From an uncultured virus (IMG/VR IMGVR_UViG_3300015607_000776) (Duplodnaviria > Heunggongvirae > Uroviricota > Caudoviricetes): 64,000 nt of DNA. Both the position numbers and the translations under genes were made by a program. The notes under the pieces are model-generated. The model was given only the letters and a program-made list of their open reading frames with translations, made no database searches and was not told the origin of the DNA. Shown piece after piece: positions 63,118 through 64,000 of the stretch (the first letter of the stretch is position 1; each line of letters starts with the position of its first letter). The stretch lies in the IMG/VR virus record IMGVR_UViG_3300015607_000776. One strand, 5' to 3'.

Positions 63118-63633
63118 TTACAATTCACCATAATCATTACTATCGATAGAATAAATTACTTTCCTAATTTGAAACGTATTTATGCAACGAAAGCATCCTT
63201 CACATGGTTTTGAGTTACCAAACTCCAGACCAGTTCTCTTTGCATCAACATACTTGATCCTAGTAATATATAGGGTTGATTTCGACAATTCATCCAAAGT
63301 AAGGACTTTCAATGCAGTCTTGATTGCATTCGTTTCAGCGTGCAACCAAATAGAATGGTCATTGCTCTTATACTTTGCCTGAAATGGATGGGTCTTTTTC
63401 TCATTCATGCAGCAAGAAACAAGGTTATTCTTATAGACAATAGATGCTGCAACCCGTGCTTTACCACTGGTTGGCGATAGATGCTTTGTTGCGATTTCTG
63501 CTAGAATATTAAGATAGGTTTCCTGTATAGTTTTTCCGGAATATTGAGGTGCCGGCACCGTCGGTATAGTATTCACTGTATTTCCTTTAGACAAACATCC
63601 CCAAACTATCAGTGCCTTCCTCGATGAAAACAC
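63118..63633 (-). CDS. Zn-dependent cytidine/dCMP deaminase-like protein
   Basis: HAE, SKPCEGC. Confidence 0.8.
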   Translation of the reverse strand: MFSSRKALIVWGCLSKGNTVNTIPTVPAPQYSGKTIQETYLNILAEIATKHLSPTSGKARVAASIVYKNNLVSCCMNEKKTHPFQAKYKSNDHSIWLHAETNAIKTALKVLTLDELSKSTLYITRIKYVDAKRTGLEFGNSKPCEGCFRCINTFQIRKVIYSIDSNDYGEL

Positions 63634-63877
63634 CGGAATACGATAATATGTCTTTTATCAGTTCATCGTCTGCTTTTGCCAATGCTTCCAGTAGAACACC
63701 AAAATAAACCACGTCATGTTCTGCCGCAGCAATCAGACTATAACCTTTTTCAAGGAAAGGATTTAAAGCAGTCAATAGTTCAAGATCGGAAGCAATCTTA
63801 GATTTATATTTCTCTTTATTGCTCCAATCACTATTATTTTTATACCACTCAACCATTTCTTCCACTGTCATTGCCAT
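63587..63877 (-). CDS. Conserved phage protein (AAEHD motif)
   Basis: ORF after TTGACT...TATAAT promoter near 63915-63943. Confidence 0.65.
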   Translation of the reverse strand: MAMTVEEMVEWYKNNSDWSNKEKYKSKIASDLELLTALNPFLEKGYSLIAAAEHDVVYFGVLLEALAKADDELIKDILSYSGVFIEEGTDSLGMFV

Positions 63878-64000
63878 GATAATGTCTTCCTATTGTATGA
63901 TTTCCTAATTTTAGTATTATATCACATCTGGAACGAAAGTCAAGTAGGAATTTATTCCGAAAATACCTCTTTGAATGCTTCATCCACACTCTTTTTCTCT

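Noticed and set aside
583..63382. Most + strand ORFs in the track
   Set aside because: They are antisense shadows of - strand genes or tRNAs without RBS or motifs; only 22367-23254 and pqqA were accepted.
1..64000. Genome-wide TAG recoding
   Set aside because: Many conserved genes end at TAG and core genes are intact under the standard code; only one internal TAG was seen.
1..64000. CRISPR array
   Set aside because: No regularly spaced direct repeats; recurring motifs are tRNA T-arms.

Overview
A 64 kb segment of a large T4-like myovirus genome, coded almost entirely on the - strand. Core genes are rnh, gp61 primase, thyX and a class II nrdJ carrying two LAGLIDADG inteins. Both sigma70-type early promoters and (T/C)TAAATA late promoters are present. 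The host is probably an alphaproteobacterium, possibly a methylotroph: tRNA-His lacks G-1 and has A73, and the phage carries pqqA, an L,D-transpeptidase, SYLF and vWA genes. The window holds about 31 tRNA genes covering all 20 amino acids, many with atypical folds. It also holds a probable GOLLD RNA with an embedded tRNA, several unclassified tRNA-like or pseudoknotted ncRNAs, at least 7 free-standing GIY-YIG/HNH endonuclease genes, an NAD salvage/ADP-ribose reversal operon and a block of probable capsid-internal proteins. Most notable: (1) a homing endonuclease cassette that splits a tRNA-Gly gene at the anticodon and supplies a divergent replacement tRNA-Gly; (2) a stand-alone phage pqqA; (3) a -1 frameshift signal extending an internal protein; (4) two D-arm-less tRNAs with a shared alternative pairing; (5) tRNAs and an assembly gap bracketed by long inverted repeats; (6) a two-hairpin RNA leader shared by nadV and nadM. 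All calls come from reading the sequence by eye and recalled family motifs; no searches or folding programs were run.
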